64,000 bases of DNA. Source: Acidobacteriota bacterium (GTDB lineage: Bacteria; Acidobacteriota; Thermoanaerobaculia; Gp7-AA8). The DNA lies in contig JAFATB010000022.1 in NCBI GenBank assembly GCA_019244185.1, forward strand, positions 224,001-288,000. Reading direction: 5' to 3'. The notes below the pieces were generated by a model. It was not told where the DNA came from, made no database searches, and saw nothing but the letters and a program-made list of their open reading frames with translations. The position numbers and the translations under genes are program-made. The first letter of the stretch is position 1. Each line of letters opens with the position of its first letter. Below, one piece after another: positions 47,771 to 57,186 of this stretch.

Positions 47771-48703
47771 ATGGTCGATCAGGAACCGCAGCCCTCGGCG
47801 AGCGGGTCGGAGCTTGCCTCGTTCGGGGAAGAGCTCCGTCGCGAGCGGGAGATCCGCGGCATCTCGCTGAAAGAGATCGCCGACGCGACGAAGATCAGCA
47901 AGCGGTTCCTCGAGGCGCTCGAACGCAACGACCACCGCACGCTCCCGGCGCCGGTCTTCACGCGCGGCTTCGTGCGCGAGTACGCGCGCTACGTCGGCCT
48001 CAACGCCGAGGAGATGGTGAACCGCTACAACTTCGCGGCGGCGAACGACGATCGCATCGAGAAGCCGCCGCACGTCGAACGGCATCCGGCCGCGCCGGTG
48101 CGCGACATCACGCCGAAGGCGCCGCCGAAGCGCGGCATCCCGCCGGCGTACGCGCGCATCAACATGGGCGCGGTCGTGCTCGTGCTCATCATCATCGCGC
48201 TCGGCGGCGTCGCGTACTGGGCGATCCAGCACAAGCGCGACGGTGAGCTCGGCGCGGACATCAACGCCACGCCGCCCGTGAGTGCCGCGAAGAACGTGGT
48301 GGCGCCGCCGGTCGTGCCGCCCGCGCCGAAGCCCGCGGACGACTCGGTCCTGCGCCTCGGCATCGAAGTCACGGCCGACTCGTGGATCGACCTGAAAGCG
48401 GACGGCAAGCCGGTCTTCCACGACGTCCTCGCGCACGGCGAGCATCGCAGCTTCGAGGCGCAGCAGCAGTTCCGCTTCGACCGCATCGGCAACGCCGCGG
48501 GCGTGCAGCTCACGCTCAACGGCACGCGCGTGCCGCCGCTCGGCGGAGACGGCGAGGTCGTGAAGAACCGCGTCTTCGACCGCGACACGCTGCGGCAGTT
48601 GCGCGCGGCGCCGCAAACGGCGACCGCATCGTCGACAACCGCGCCCACCACCACCGCGCAGTCCGCGACGCAGGCCACGCCTCTGCAGCCGGAACGGCCA
48701 TGA
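47771..48703 (+). CDS. RodZ-like protein (HTH, TM, DUF4115)
   Basis: FGEELRRERE.RGISL..IA..TKI, RGFVREYA, TM, DSWI..ADG, IGNAAGV. Confidence 0.85.
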   Translation: MVDQEPQPSASGSELASFGEELRREREIRGISLKEIADATKISKRFLEALERNDHRTLPAPVFTRGFVREYARYVGLNAEEMVNRYNFAAANDDRIEKPPHVERHPAAPVRDITPKAPPKRGIPPAYARINMGAVVLVLIIIALGGVAYWAIQHKRDGELGADINATPPVSAAKNVVAPPVVPPAPKPADDSVLRLGIEVTADSWIDLKADGKPVFHDVLAHGEHRSFEAQQQFRFDRIGNAAGVQLTLNGTRVPPLGGDGEVVKNRVFDRDTLRQLRAAPQTATASSTTAPTTTAQSATQATPLQPERP

Positions 48704-49788
48704 GCACCACCGCTCCCGGCGAGCTGACCGCATCGGCCGTCATCAGCCTCATCGAAAGCGGCGCGTATCCGCGCGACGTGGTGCTGACCATCGCGCGCGG
48801 CTTTCTGCCGCTCGAGCAGGAAGACCTCGTGGCGGTGCTCGCGTACCTCGGCGCGTTGGACGACGACGAGATCTCGGCGACGGCGCGCACCGCGCTGGCG
48901 GACGTGCCGTCGCGCATCGTGGCCGGCTTCGCCGCGAACGAGGACGTCGAGGCCGTGCACCTCGAGCGGCTGCTCGGCATCGCCAGCGATCCGCTCGTGC
49001 TCGAGGCGCTCATCCGCAACCGCGCCGTGAGCGATGCCGCGGTGGCCGCGCTCGCCGCGCGTGCCGAGGCACGCGTGCAGGAAGTCATCGTCATCAACCA
49101 CGCGCGCATCCTCCGCGCGCCGGAGATCCTCGACGCGCTGCTCGCGAACCCCACGCTCGCGCCGGAAGCGCGGCGCCGCGCGCTCGAAACGCGCGAGGAG
49201 TTCTTCGACAAAAAAGCGCGGCTGCAGCAGGAAGAGGAAGAGCCGGAGGTCGTCGAGCTGCCGCTCGAGCCGATCCTGGACCTGCTCGAAAAAGCGCGGG
49301 AGCTCGAACACGATGGTGCCGCGGCGCCCACGCCGTCGCTCACCGAGAGCGAGCGCGAGAAGATGAAAGCGTCCGTCGTCTGGGCGCGGCTCGCGTACAT
49401 GTCGATCTCCGAGAAAGTGCAGCTGGCGTTCAAAGGCGACCGCATGCTGCGCATGCTTCTCGTACGCGAGCGCGTGAAGCTGATCGCCTCGGCGGTCATG
49501 CGCAATCCGCGTCTGACGGATCAGGAAATCGAGAGCATCGCCGGCATGCGCAACGTCGACGAAGAGGTTCTGCGCATGATCGGCACGCGCCGCGACTGGA
49601 TCAGCAAGTACAACCTGATCGTCATCCTCTGCCGCAATCCAAAGGCTCCTGTGGGGGTTGTCCTGCCGTTGATCAATCGTTTAACCTTACGAGATTTGAA
49701 GGGGTTGAAAGACGACAAGGGAGTCTCGCAAGTGGTCCGTGAAACGGCCAAGCGGATTTACCTGTCGCGGACCCAGAAAACCGGATGA
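48700..49788 (+). CDS. Hypothetical alpha-helical repeat protein
   Basis: ATGA overlap; ALIRN, ALLANP, EKVQLA.KG, VMRNPRLT, LCRNPKAP. Confidence 0.75.
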   Translation: MSTTAPGELTASAVISLIESGAYPRDVVLTIARGFLPLEQEDLVAVLAYLGALDDDEISATARTALADVPSRIVAGFAANEDVEAVHLERLLGIASDPLVLEALIRNRAVSDAAVAALAARAEARVQEVIVINHARILRAPEILDALLANPTLAPEARRRALETREEFFDKKARLQQEEEEPEVVELPLEPILDLLEKARELEHDGAAAPTPSLTESEREKMKASVVWARLAYMSISEKVQLAFKGDRMLRMLLVRERVKLIASAVMRNPRLTDQEIESIAGMRNVDEEVLRMIGTRRDWISKYNLIVILCRNPKAPVGVVLPLINRLTLRDLKGLKDDKGVSQVVRETAKRIYLSRTQKTG

Positions 49789-50429
49789 AGGTCAATTACT
49801 ACGAGATTCTGGGCGTCGAGCGCTCCGCGACCGACGAGCAGATCAAGAGGCGCTTCCGCGATCTCGCGCGGGAGCAGCACCCGGACCGCTACCGAGGCCC
49901 TGACAAGGCCGACGCGGAGCGCCGCTTTCAGACCCTCACCGAAGCCTTCAACGTGCTCACCAACGCCGAGAAACGCCGCCAGCACGACTCCGAGATCGCC
50001 GGCGGCGGAACGCGCGGGGCGGACTTCGTGCAAGTGGCCAAGGTCTACATGGCCAAAGGCGTGAAGGCATACAAGGACGGCGACATGCGCGCCGCGTACG
50101 AAAACTTCGACATGGCCGTCAAGCACAACCCGCAGGACGGCAAAGGCTTTCATTACCTCGCGCTCGCCGGCGCGCGCATCCGCGGCTACGAGCGCCAGGC
50201 CGTGCAGGCCATCGAGAGCGCCGTGCAGCGTGATCCGATGAACGGACAATATCTGCGCGACGCGGGTCTGATCTGCAAACGCGCCGGCCTCAATGCGAAA
50301 GCCGAGCGGTACCTCGAAGAGGCGCTGCAGTGGGACGGCTCGAACGTTGAAGTGCAGGCGGCGCTCGCGGAACTGCGCGGCACGAAGGAAAGCGGAAAGG
50401 GCGGCTTCTCGATTTTCGGGAAGCGCTGA
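49785..50429 (+). CDS. DnaJ-domain plus TPR protein
   Basis: NYYEILGV, HPD motif, C-terminal TPR helices. Confidence 0.88.
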   Translation: MKVNYYEILGVERSATDEQIKRRFRDLAREQHPDRYRGPDKADAERRFQTLTEAFNVLTNAEKRRQHDSEIAGGGTRGADFVQVAKVYMAKGVKAYKDGDMRAAYENFDMAVKHNPQDGKGFHYLALAGARIRGYERQAVQAIESAVQRDPMNGQYLRDAGLICKRAGLNAKAERYLEEALQWDGSNVEVQAALAELRGTKESGKGGFSIFGKR

Positions 50430-50433
50430 TTGC

Positions 50434-51192
50434 ATGGACGTCAAGGCATACGGCCTCACCCACGTCGGCCGCCAGAGGCAGCACAACGAAGACGCGTTTC
50501 TCGTCGAAGACGATGCGCGGCTCTTCCTCGTCGCCGACGGCATGGGAGGTCACGCCGCGGGCGAGATCGCCTCGCGGATCGCCGTCGACTCGATCTCGGA
50601 ATTCATCCTCCACACGAAAGAAGACGACGGCACCTGGCCGCACGCGTACGACGAGCATTTCCGCCGCTCGACGAATCGCCTCATGGCCGCCGTGCGCATG
50701 GCCAACTCGCGCGTGCTCGAGGCGATGCGCAAGGACGCGCGCCTGCGCGGCATGGGCACGACCGTCGTGGCCTGCCTCGCCGACGAGGGCACGGTCTCGG
50801 TCGCGCACGTCGGCGACTCGCGCGCGTATCTGATTCGCGCCGGCCAGCTCTCGCGTATCACGAACGATCACTCGTGGGTCTTCGAGCAGGTGCAGGCGGG
50901 CATGCTCACCGAGGCGGAAGCGGAGAAGCATCCGCTGCGCAACGTCATCACGCGCGCGCTCGGCGGCGCGCTGCAGGTGACGCCGGACGCGTCCGAGACC
51001 GAGGCGCAGAAGGGCGACGTCTTCCTGCTCTGCTCGGACGGACTGACCGGCATGGTCCCTGAAAGTGAGATCCTGCGCATCGTGACGGCGAATGACGGCG
51101 ATCTGCAGAAAGCCTGTCAACAGCTCATCGATGCGGCCAACGAGCGCGGCGGTCTCGACAACGTCACCGCGGTCCTCGTGAAAACCGTTTAG
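50434..51192 (+). CDS. PP2C-family Ser/Thr phosphatase (Stp1-like)
   Basis: R.HNED, VADGMGGH, GMGTT, HVGDSRAY, LCSDGL, GGLDNVT. Confidence 0.95.
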   Translation: MDVKAYGLTHVGRQRQHNEDAFLVEDDARLFLVADGMGGHAAGEIASRIAVDSISEFILHTKEDDGTWPHAYDEHFRRSTNRLMAAVRMANSRVLEAMRKDARLRGMGTTVVACLADEGTVSVAHVGDSRAYLIRAGQLSRITNDHSWVFEQVQAGMLTEAEAEKHPLRNVITRALGGALQVTPDASETEAQKGDVFLLCSDGLTGMVPESEILRIVTANDGDLQKACQQLIDAANERGGLDNVTAVLVKTV

Positions 51193-51203
51193 AAGGATCG
51201 CAC

Positions 51204-51431
51204 GTGCACGTTCGAATCGATTACTGCGGCGTCTGAAACTACTTGCCACGGGCCTCCAGTCTGGCGGCCGAGATCAAGAAGACCCTGGGATACGACAGCG
51301 AGATCGTTCGCGGCAGCGGCGGCATCTTCGTCGTGACCGTCGACAACCGCGTCCTCTTCTCGAAGAAAGAAGAAGGACGCTTCCCGCGCGAGAGCGAGAT
51401 CATCGAGAAGATTCGCGAGATCCAGTCTTGA
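51204..51431 (+). CDS. Rdx family (SelW/SelT/SelH-like) selenoprotein; in-frame TGA at 51234-51236 read as selenocysteine
   Basis: AGAAGGA RBS, GTG start; MHVRIDYCGV-U-NYLPRASSLAAEI...GSGGIFVV.VD...FSK...GRFP; CxxU motif. Confidence 0.9.
51251..51269 (+). promoter_or_regulatory. Putative bacterial SECIS hairpin
   Basis: GGCC-T-CCA-GTC-TGG-C-GGCC starting 15 nt after the UGA, with G in the apical loop. Confidence 0.65.
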
Positions 51432-51772
51432 GCAGCAACGAGCCGTCTTTCATCGAGCGCATCGCCGAAAGCGTGCAGATGCACGCGAACGCGAAGCAGG
51501 TCTACGGCGAGCCGATCGAGCGCGGCGGCATGACGCTCATTCCGGTCGCGCGCGTGCAGTGGGGCTTCGGCGCCGGCACCCTCGGGCGCGGCACGCGCGG
51601 CGGCGGCGGAGGCGGCGGCGTGCGCGCGTATCCCTCCGGCTTCATCGAACTGCACGACGGCCACGCGGCGTTCCGCGCCATTCACGACGCACACTCGACC
51701 GCTCTCCTCGGCGGCGTCGCGCTCGGCGGCCTCGTCGCCGGTCTCGTTCTCGGACGGCTTCTCCGCCGCTAG
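51428..51772 (+). CDS. YtfJ/GerW-like protein
   Basis: VYGEPIE..G.TLIPVARV..GFGAG...GGGGGG...P.GFI; C-terminal TM. Confidence 0.75.
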   Translation: MSSNEPSFIERIAESVQMHANAKQVYGEPIERGGMTLIPVARVQWGFGAGTLGRGTRGGGGGGGVRAYPSGFIELHDGHAAFRAIHDAHSTALLGGVALGGLVAGLVLGRLLRR

Positions 51773-51790
51773 CCCACTACAATCATCGCC

Positions 51791-53545
51791 GTGCATCCCG
51801 ACGTCGAGGAAGTGCGGCCGAAGCTGAAGGAGATCCTCTACGACTGCGCGGTCGAGATCCGCGCGACGAAGGCCGCGCTTTATCTGTCGACTGCCGCGAG
51901 CCGCTACGAGCTCGTCACCGAGTACGGCTTCCGCGGCAACCTGCGCACGCTGACGGACGACACGGATCCCGTCGTCGATCGCTGCGGCCGCGGCCGGACG
52001 CCGTTCTACGTGAACGGCGTCGGCGCCGAGCCGCGCTTCTCGCAGCGGCTGTTCGAGGCGTCGACCGATCGCCTGCTCGTCGCGCCGCTCTACTCGCGCG
52101 GCAAGCTCGTCGGCCTCATCGACATGCGCGACAAAGCCGGCAAGGCGCCGTTCGAGGAAGCGGACGTGCTCAAGGCGCAGTCCATCGCCGACCGCATCGT
52201 CGCGCTGTTCGCGAAGTCGAACCTCTTCGGCCATCACTACATCGCGCTCTCGCGCGCGTCGGGCGAGCATCTCGCGGTCAGCAGCGACCGCGCGGACGAT
52301 GGTCCCGACCGCCCGCTCGTCAGCGCGACGCCGCCCGTGCGCGAGAAGCCGCGCGTCGCGCCCGCGCCACCGCCGCAGCAACAGGCGCCGCCGCCCGCCG
52401 CCGCGCCCGAGCTCGCGCCGCCGCGCGCGATCGGCAACAGCGCGTTCGACGCGAACCGCCTCGCGATTCTCGTCCGCAGCGCGCACGAGGCCGCGAGCCG
52501 CATCGGAACGGCGGATGCCGAGGCGATCGGCGAGACGGAAGTCTCCGCGGCGCGCGACGTGCTGCGCTCGATCCTCCTCGTCCCCGGCGCCATCGCGGCG
52601 GTGTTCTCGACCTTCGGCCACCTCGGCGGCGTGCAGGAGATCGCCGCGCGCACCGCGCTCACCGACGACGCGCAGCGGCTGATTCAGGAGAAGCTCAACG
52701 CGTGGCTCGCCAAGCGCGGCGAAGCGGGCGCGTTCGTGCGCACGAACATCAACGCGCCGTTCGGCACGTCCGCCGCGCCGATCACCGCCGCCGACATCCA
52801 GAAGGTCGTCACCGCGCCGCTGTCTTCGCCCGTGCCGCGCGGTCTGTATCTGACAGTCGTCTTCGCCGCGAAGCCGGAGCGCGCGACGCACGATCTCCTC
52901 GCGGTGCTGCACGCGCACCTGCAGCTCGTGCTCGAACAATCGCTGCAGCGCGGTGCGGCCGGCTCGCTGCGCGCGCGCATCGCGGAGAAGCTCGTCGAGC
53001 CCGACTTCGCGAAGCTGCCCGCGCTGCGGAGGCACTCCGATCTCGTCTCGCGGCTGACGGAATCGTTCGCGCGTTACATCGGACTGCCCGCCGCCGACGT
53101 CGAGAACGCGCGTCTCGCCGCGCTGGTGCACGACTGCGGCATGCGCCTACTCGACTACGAACGCCTCTATCGCAAGCGCCAGCTCACGCACGAGGATCTG
53201 GCGATGCTGCGCGAGCACGCCACCGTCGGCGCCGCGCTCGTCGAGCCGCTCCTCGGCCCCGACGTCGCGCGCGTCGTGCTCGCGCATCACGAGCGCGTCG
53301 ACGGCCGCGGCTATCCGCACGAGCTGCGCGGCGACGACATCCCGCTCGCCGCGCGCCTGCTGCAGATCGCCGACGCGTGGGTGACGATGATCGATCCGGA
53401 GAGCTACCACGCGCCGGAGCCGTTCTCGAACGCAATCGCCTCCGTCGCGCGCGGCGCGGGCTCGCAGTTCGACGCCGAGCTCGCGCAGAAGTTCATTGAG
53501 TTGATCCGGAGCGGGTCGGCGCGGCCGGCAGCGCCAAAAGCGTAG
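51791..53545 (+). CDS. GAF plus HD-GYP domain protein (cyclic dinucleotide phosphodiesterase)
   Basis: N-terminal GAF-like region (LLVAPL...GKLVGLI); HDCG, HHERVDGRGYP, IADAW. Confidence 0.88.
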   Translation: MHPDVEEVRPKLKEILYDCAVEIRATKAALYLSTAASRYELVTEYGFRGNLRTLTDDTDPVVDRCGRGRTPFYVNGVGAEPRFSQRLFEASTDRLLVAPLYSRGKLVGLIDMRDKAGKAPFEEADVLKAQSIADRIVALFAKSNLFGHHYIALSRASGEHLAVSSDRADDGPDRPLVSATPPVREKPRVAPAPPPQQQAPPPAAAPELAPPRAIGNSAFDANRLAILVRSAHEAASRIGTADAEAIGETEVSAARDVLRSILLVPGAIAAVFSTFGHLGGVQEIAARTALTDDAQRLIQEKLNAWLAKRGEAGAFVRTNINAPFGTSAAPITAADIQKVVTAPLSSPVPRGLYLTVVFAAKPERATHDLLAVLHAHLQLVLEQSLQRGAAGSLRARIAEKLVEPDFAKLPALRRHSDLVSRLTESFARYIGLPAADVENARLAALVHDCGMRLLDYERLYRKRQLTHEDLAMLREHATVGAALVEPLLGPDVARVVLAHHERVDGRGYPHELRGDDIPLAARLLQIADAWVTMIDPESYHAPEPFSNAIASVARGAGSQFDAELAQKFIELIRSGSARPAAPKA

Positions 53546-53564
53546 GCGCCTTTATCATGCGCGC

Positions 53565-53849
53565 GTGAACATCGACCGCAACGAAGCGCGCCGCATCGCC
53601 GCGCTCGCGCATCTCGAGCTCGACGAGCCCGCGCTCGACCGTATGGCCGCCGAGATGACGAAGATCCTCACGTACATCGATCAGCTGCGCGAGATCGACA
53701 CGACCGGCTTCGACGAACGCGCCGCGACGGAGACGCCGCTGCGCGACGACCATCCACGGCCGTCGACCGAGCGCGACGCCGTCGCCGCGAATGCGCCCGC
53801 GTGGCGCGACGGTTTCTTCGTCGTGCCGAAGGTGATCGGCGGTGAGTGA
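53565..53849 (+). CDS. gatC: Asp-tRNA(Asn)/Glu-tRNA(Gln) amidotransferase subunit C
   Basis: IAALAHLEL, ILTYIDQL.EIDT, LRDD, NAP..DGFFVVPKVI. Confidence 0.93.
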   Translation: MNIDRNEARRIAALAHLELDEPALDRMAAEMTKILTYIDQLREIDTTGFDERAATETPLRDDHPRPSTERDAVAANAPAWRDGFFVVPKVIGGE

Positions 53850-55245
53850 CGTTCTCGAACTGCCGTGGACCGAGGCGCGCGAGGAAGTCTCGCCGCGCGA
53901 GTACGTCGACGCCTGCCTGCGCGCGATCGGCACGCACAATCGTTCGCTGAACGCATTTCTCAGCGTCAACGACGTTGCGCCCGAAGGCTCGCTGCCGATC
54001 GCGGTCAAAGACAACATCGTCACCACAGACTTGCCGACGACATGCGCGTCGGCGATCCTGCGGAACTTCCGCTCGCCGTTCGATGCCACCGCCATCGCGC
54101 GGCTGCGCGCGCGCGGCGCGTCGATCGTCGGCAAGACGAACCTCGACGAGTTCGCGATGGGCTCATCGACGGAGCACTCCGCGTTCGGTCCGACGCGCAA
54201 TCCGTGGGATCCGACGCGCGTGCCCGGCGGCTCGTCGGGCGGATCCACCGCCGCGGTGGCGGCGCGGCTCGTCCCCGCGGCGCTCGGGTCGGAAACGGGC
54301 GGCTCGGTGCGGCAGCCGGCGGCGCTCTGCGGCATCGTCGGACTCAAGCCGACGTACGGCCGCATCAGCCGCAACGGCCTCGTCGCGTTCGCGTCGAGCC
54401 TCGATCAGATCGGCATCGCCACGAAGACCGTTCGCGACTGCGCGGAAATCCTCGGCATCATCGCGGGGCACGATCCGTACGACTCGACGTCGAGCACCGA
54501 ACCGGTCGACGACTACGCCGCCGATCTCGCATCGGGCGTGAAGGGTCTCCGCTTCGGCATCGTGCGCGAGGCGCTCGCGCAGCTCACCGGCGAAGTGCGC
54601 GCGAACTTCGACGCCGCGGTCGCGGTGCTGCGCGGCGGCGGCGCGATCGTGGAGGAAGCGTCCGTGCCGTCGATCGGCAGCGCGGTCGCCATCTACTACA
54701 TCGTCGCGAACGCGGAGGCGAGCGCGAACCTGTCGCGGTTCGACGGCATCCGCTACGGCTATCGCAGCGAACGCGCGCGGACGCTCGACGCGGTGTACGC
54801 GGAGTCGCGCGGCGACGGCTTCGGCCCGGAAGTGAAGCGGCGGATCATGCTCGGCACGTTCGCGCTCTCGTCCGGCTACTACGACGCGTACTACAGCCGC
54901 GCGCAGCGCGTGCGCGCGAAGCTGCGGCACGAGTTCGCGGAAGCGTTCCGCGCGTTCGATTTCCTGATCACGCCGACGACGCCGGAGTCCGCGTTTCCGA
55001 TCGGCGCGAAGACGGACGATCCGCTGTCGATGTACCTCAACGACATCTTCACCGCGCCCGCGAACCTCGTCGGCATTCCGGCGATCGCCGTGCCGTCCGG
55101 CTTCGATCGCGCCGGGCTGCCGCTCTCGCTGCAGTTCATGGCCACGCATTTCGCGGAGCGCGCGCTCTTTCGCGCCGCGGCGTTTTACGAGCGCGAGACC
55201 CACTACTGGCGCCGCGCGCCGATGCTACAATCGGAGCGTGCGTAG
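53842..55245 (+). CDS. gatA: Asp-tRNA(Asn)/Glu-tRNA(Gln) amidotransferase subunit A
   Basis: AVKDNI, KTNLDEFAMGSS, PGGSSGGS, GSETGGSVRQPA, EVKRRIMLG. Confidence 0.95.
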   Translation: MSDVLELPWTEAREEVSPREYVDACLRAIGTHNRSLNAFLSVNDVAPEGSLPIAVKDNIVTTDLPTTCASAILRNFRSPFDATAIARLRARGASIVGKTNLDEFAMGSSTEHSAFGPTRNPWDPTRVPGGSSGGSTAAVAARLVPAALGSETGGSVRQPAALCGIVGLKPTYGRISRNGLVAFASSLDQIGIATKTVRDCAEILGIIAGHDPYDSTSSTEPVDDYAADLASGVKGLRFGIVREALAQLTGEVRANFDAAVAVLRGGGAIVEEASVPSIGSAVAIYYIVANAEASANLSRFDGIRYGYRSERARTLDAVYAESRGDGFGPEVKRRIMLGTFALSSGYYDAYYSRAQRVRAKLRHEFAEAFRAFDFLITPTTPESAFPIGAKTDDPLSMYLNDIFTAPANLVGIPAIAVPSGFDRAGLPLSLQFMATHFAERALFRAAAFYERETHYWRRAPMLQSERA

Positions 55246-57130
55246 TGGGTGGGTGGGCTCGATCCTCATAATTGCGGCTTCTGTACTGACGGCCGCCCCC
55301 TCGTCTCCGATCGCCACCGCACAAATCAACAACGAACTGCGCGCGAGCCTCACACGCGACTACGAGCTCGAAGTCCTCGTGCAGCCGCACGACGGCGACG
55401 CGTGGACGCGGCTCGCCAAACGCGTCACCGGCGACGCCGCGAACTGGGAAACGATCGCCGCGTACAGCCAGCTCGACGACCGCCTGCAGAGCGAACAGAA
55501 AGTGCGCGTGCCGTTCGCGCTGCTCCGTCCCTCGCTGCAGCGTGACGTCATCAAGGCGCTCTTTCCGAACGACCACTCCACCGCCGGCGGCTGGCAGCAC
55601 GTCGTCGCCGGCACGTACGGCATCGAAGGCGAATCGCTCTGGAACATCGCGGAGTGGCTCACCGGCGACGGCGCGAACTACACCCTCATCCGCAAAGCCA
55701 ATCCTTCCCAGGGACTCTCGACCCGCAAAGGTGACGTGATCCTCGTTCCCAAACGACTGCTCACCGCCGCATTCGGCGGGAGCATGGAGGAAGAGAATGC
55801 ACCGAAGACGGCAGCAGAGGTTCGGCAACCCGCGGACGATCCGGTTCAGCGTGCAGCAGCGGATGAAAATGTACCGGAGACGACTGCGCAGCCTCTGGGA
55901 ACTGCGGCGCTGACGCCGTCTCCGATTCCGGCGTCCACGCCGTCGCTGTCGCCGGCGTCGCTGTCTTACGTCCGCACGGGCGCCGAGCCGTACGCCGTCT
56001 ATCGACTGCAGCCGGGCGAGGCGCTCTACTCGTCCGTCGCCATCCGCTTCACCGGCCGCGTCTACTCGAAGGACGTCGGCGACGTCGTCGAACGCATCGT
56101 GAAGTTCAACGAGATCGACGACGTCGCCAGGATCCCGGCGAACTATCCGGTGAAGATCCCGATCGCGCTGCTGCTGCCCGAGTATCTGCCGCAGGACGAT
56201 CCGGCGCGCGTCGCGCGCGAGGCCACGCGCCGCGAAAGCGCGAAGGTCGCGCGCCGCACGCGCGCGGCTGGGCTCTCCGGCGTGCAGGTGATCCTCGACG
56301 CGGGCCACGGCGGACGCGACGTCGGCACCGAGCACGAGGACGTGTGGGAGTCGACGTACGTGTACGACGTCGCCTGCCGGCTCAAGGCGCTGCTCGAGAA
56401 AAAGAGCGCGGCGAAAGTGTCGATGACCACGAAGTCGAAGAGCCGCGGCTTTGCGTTCACCGACAGCAACGTCCTCGACGGCGCGAGCGATCACTACGTG
56501 CAGACGACGCCGAAGTATCTGCTCGACGACGCCATCGTCGGCGTGAACCTCCGCTGGTATCTCGCGAACTCGCTCTTCCGCCGTGCGATCAAACAGGGAC
56601 TCGCGCGCGAGAAGGTGCTCTTCCTCTCCATCCACGCCGACTCGCTCCATCCGTCGCTGCGCGGCGCGATGGCGTACATCCCCGGCGCGGGCTACGTGCC
56701 GCCGTCGTATCGCAAGAACGGCGACATCTATCTGACGCGCGAGGAAGTGCGCGAGCAGCCGACCGTGAAGCAGTCGCGCGAGGAAGCGCTCGCCGCCGAA
56801 GGTCTCTCACGCGATTTCGCTGAGTCGATCATGACCTCCTTCCGCAACCTCGGCCTCAAGGTCCATCCGTTCGAAGCGGTGCGCGACAACGTCGTGCGCG
56901 GCGGTCACGAATGGGTTCCCGCCGTCATCCGCTACAACCAGGTTCCCACGCGCATGCTCCTCGAGGTCTGCAACCTCGGCAATCGCTCCGACCGCGAGCT
57001 GATCAAGACCGCGAAGTACCGCCAGCAGCTCGCCGAGGGGATCTATCGCGGCATGATCGACTTCTATGCGACGCAGCAGCAGGACGCGCCCGCGCCCGCC
57101 GTCGTCGCCTCGCGCGGCGCATCGAAGTAG
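55238..57130 (+). CDS. N-acetylmuramoyl-L-alanine amidase (Amidase_3) with LysM-like N-terminal domains
   Basis: Signal peptide; GESLWNIA, YRLQPGEALYS; ILDAGHGGRD, FLSIHAD, LLEVCN. Confidence 0.88.
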   Translation: MRSGWVGSILIIAASVLTAAPSSPIATAQINNELRASLTRDYELEVLVQPHDGDAWTRLAKRVTGDAANWETIAAYSQLDDRLQSEQKVRVPFALLRPSLQRDVIKALFPNDHSTAGGWQHVVAGTYGIEGESLWNIAEWLTGDGANYTLIRKANPSQGLSTRKGDVILVPKRLLTAAFGGSMEEENAPKTAAEVRQPADDPVQRAAADENVPETTAQPLGTAALTPSPIPASTPSLSPASLSYVRTGAEPYAVYRLQPGEALYSSVAIRFTGRVYSKDVGDVVERIVKFNEIDDVARIPANYPVKIPIALLLPEYLPQDDPARVAREATRRESAKVARRTRAAGLSGVQVILDAGHGGRDVGTEHEDVWESTYVYDVACRLKALLEKKSAAKVSMTTKSKSRGFAFTDSNVLDGASDHYVQTTPKYLLDDAIVGVNLRWYLANSLFRRAIKQGLAREKVLFLSIHADSLHPSLRGAMAYIPGAGYVPPSYRKNGDIYLTREEVREQPTVKQSREEALAAEGLSRDFAESIMTSFRNLGLKVHPFEAVRDNVVRGGHEWVPAVIRYNQVPTRMLLEVCNLGNRSDRELIKTAKYRQQLAEGIYRGMIDFYATQQQDAPAPAVVASRGASK

Positions 57131-57186
57131 CGTCGCGCGCGTTGCAACGGCGCTTCATCGGAGCGGATCGTGCACCGAATGTTGCT

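Noticed and set aside
51243-51431. 62-aa ORF as called by the track
   Set aside because: It lacks the catalytic N-terminus and is better explained as the part downstream of a Sec UGA
53565-55245. Missing gatB as an anomaly
   Set aside because: gatB is frequently encoded separately from gatCA
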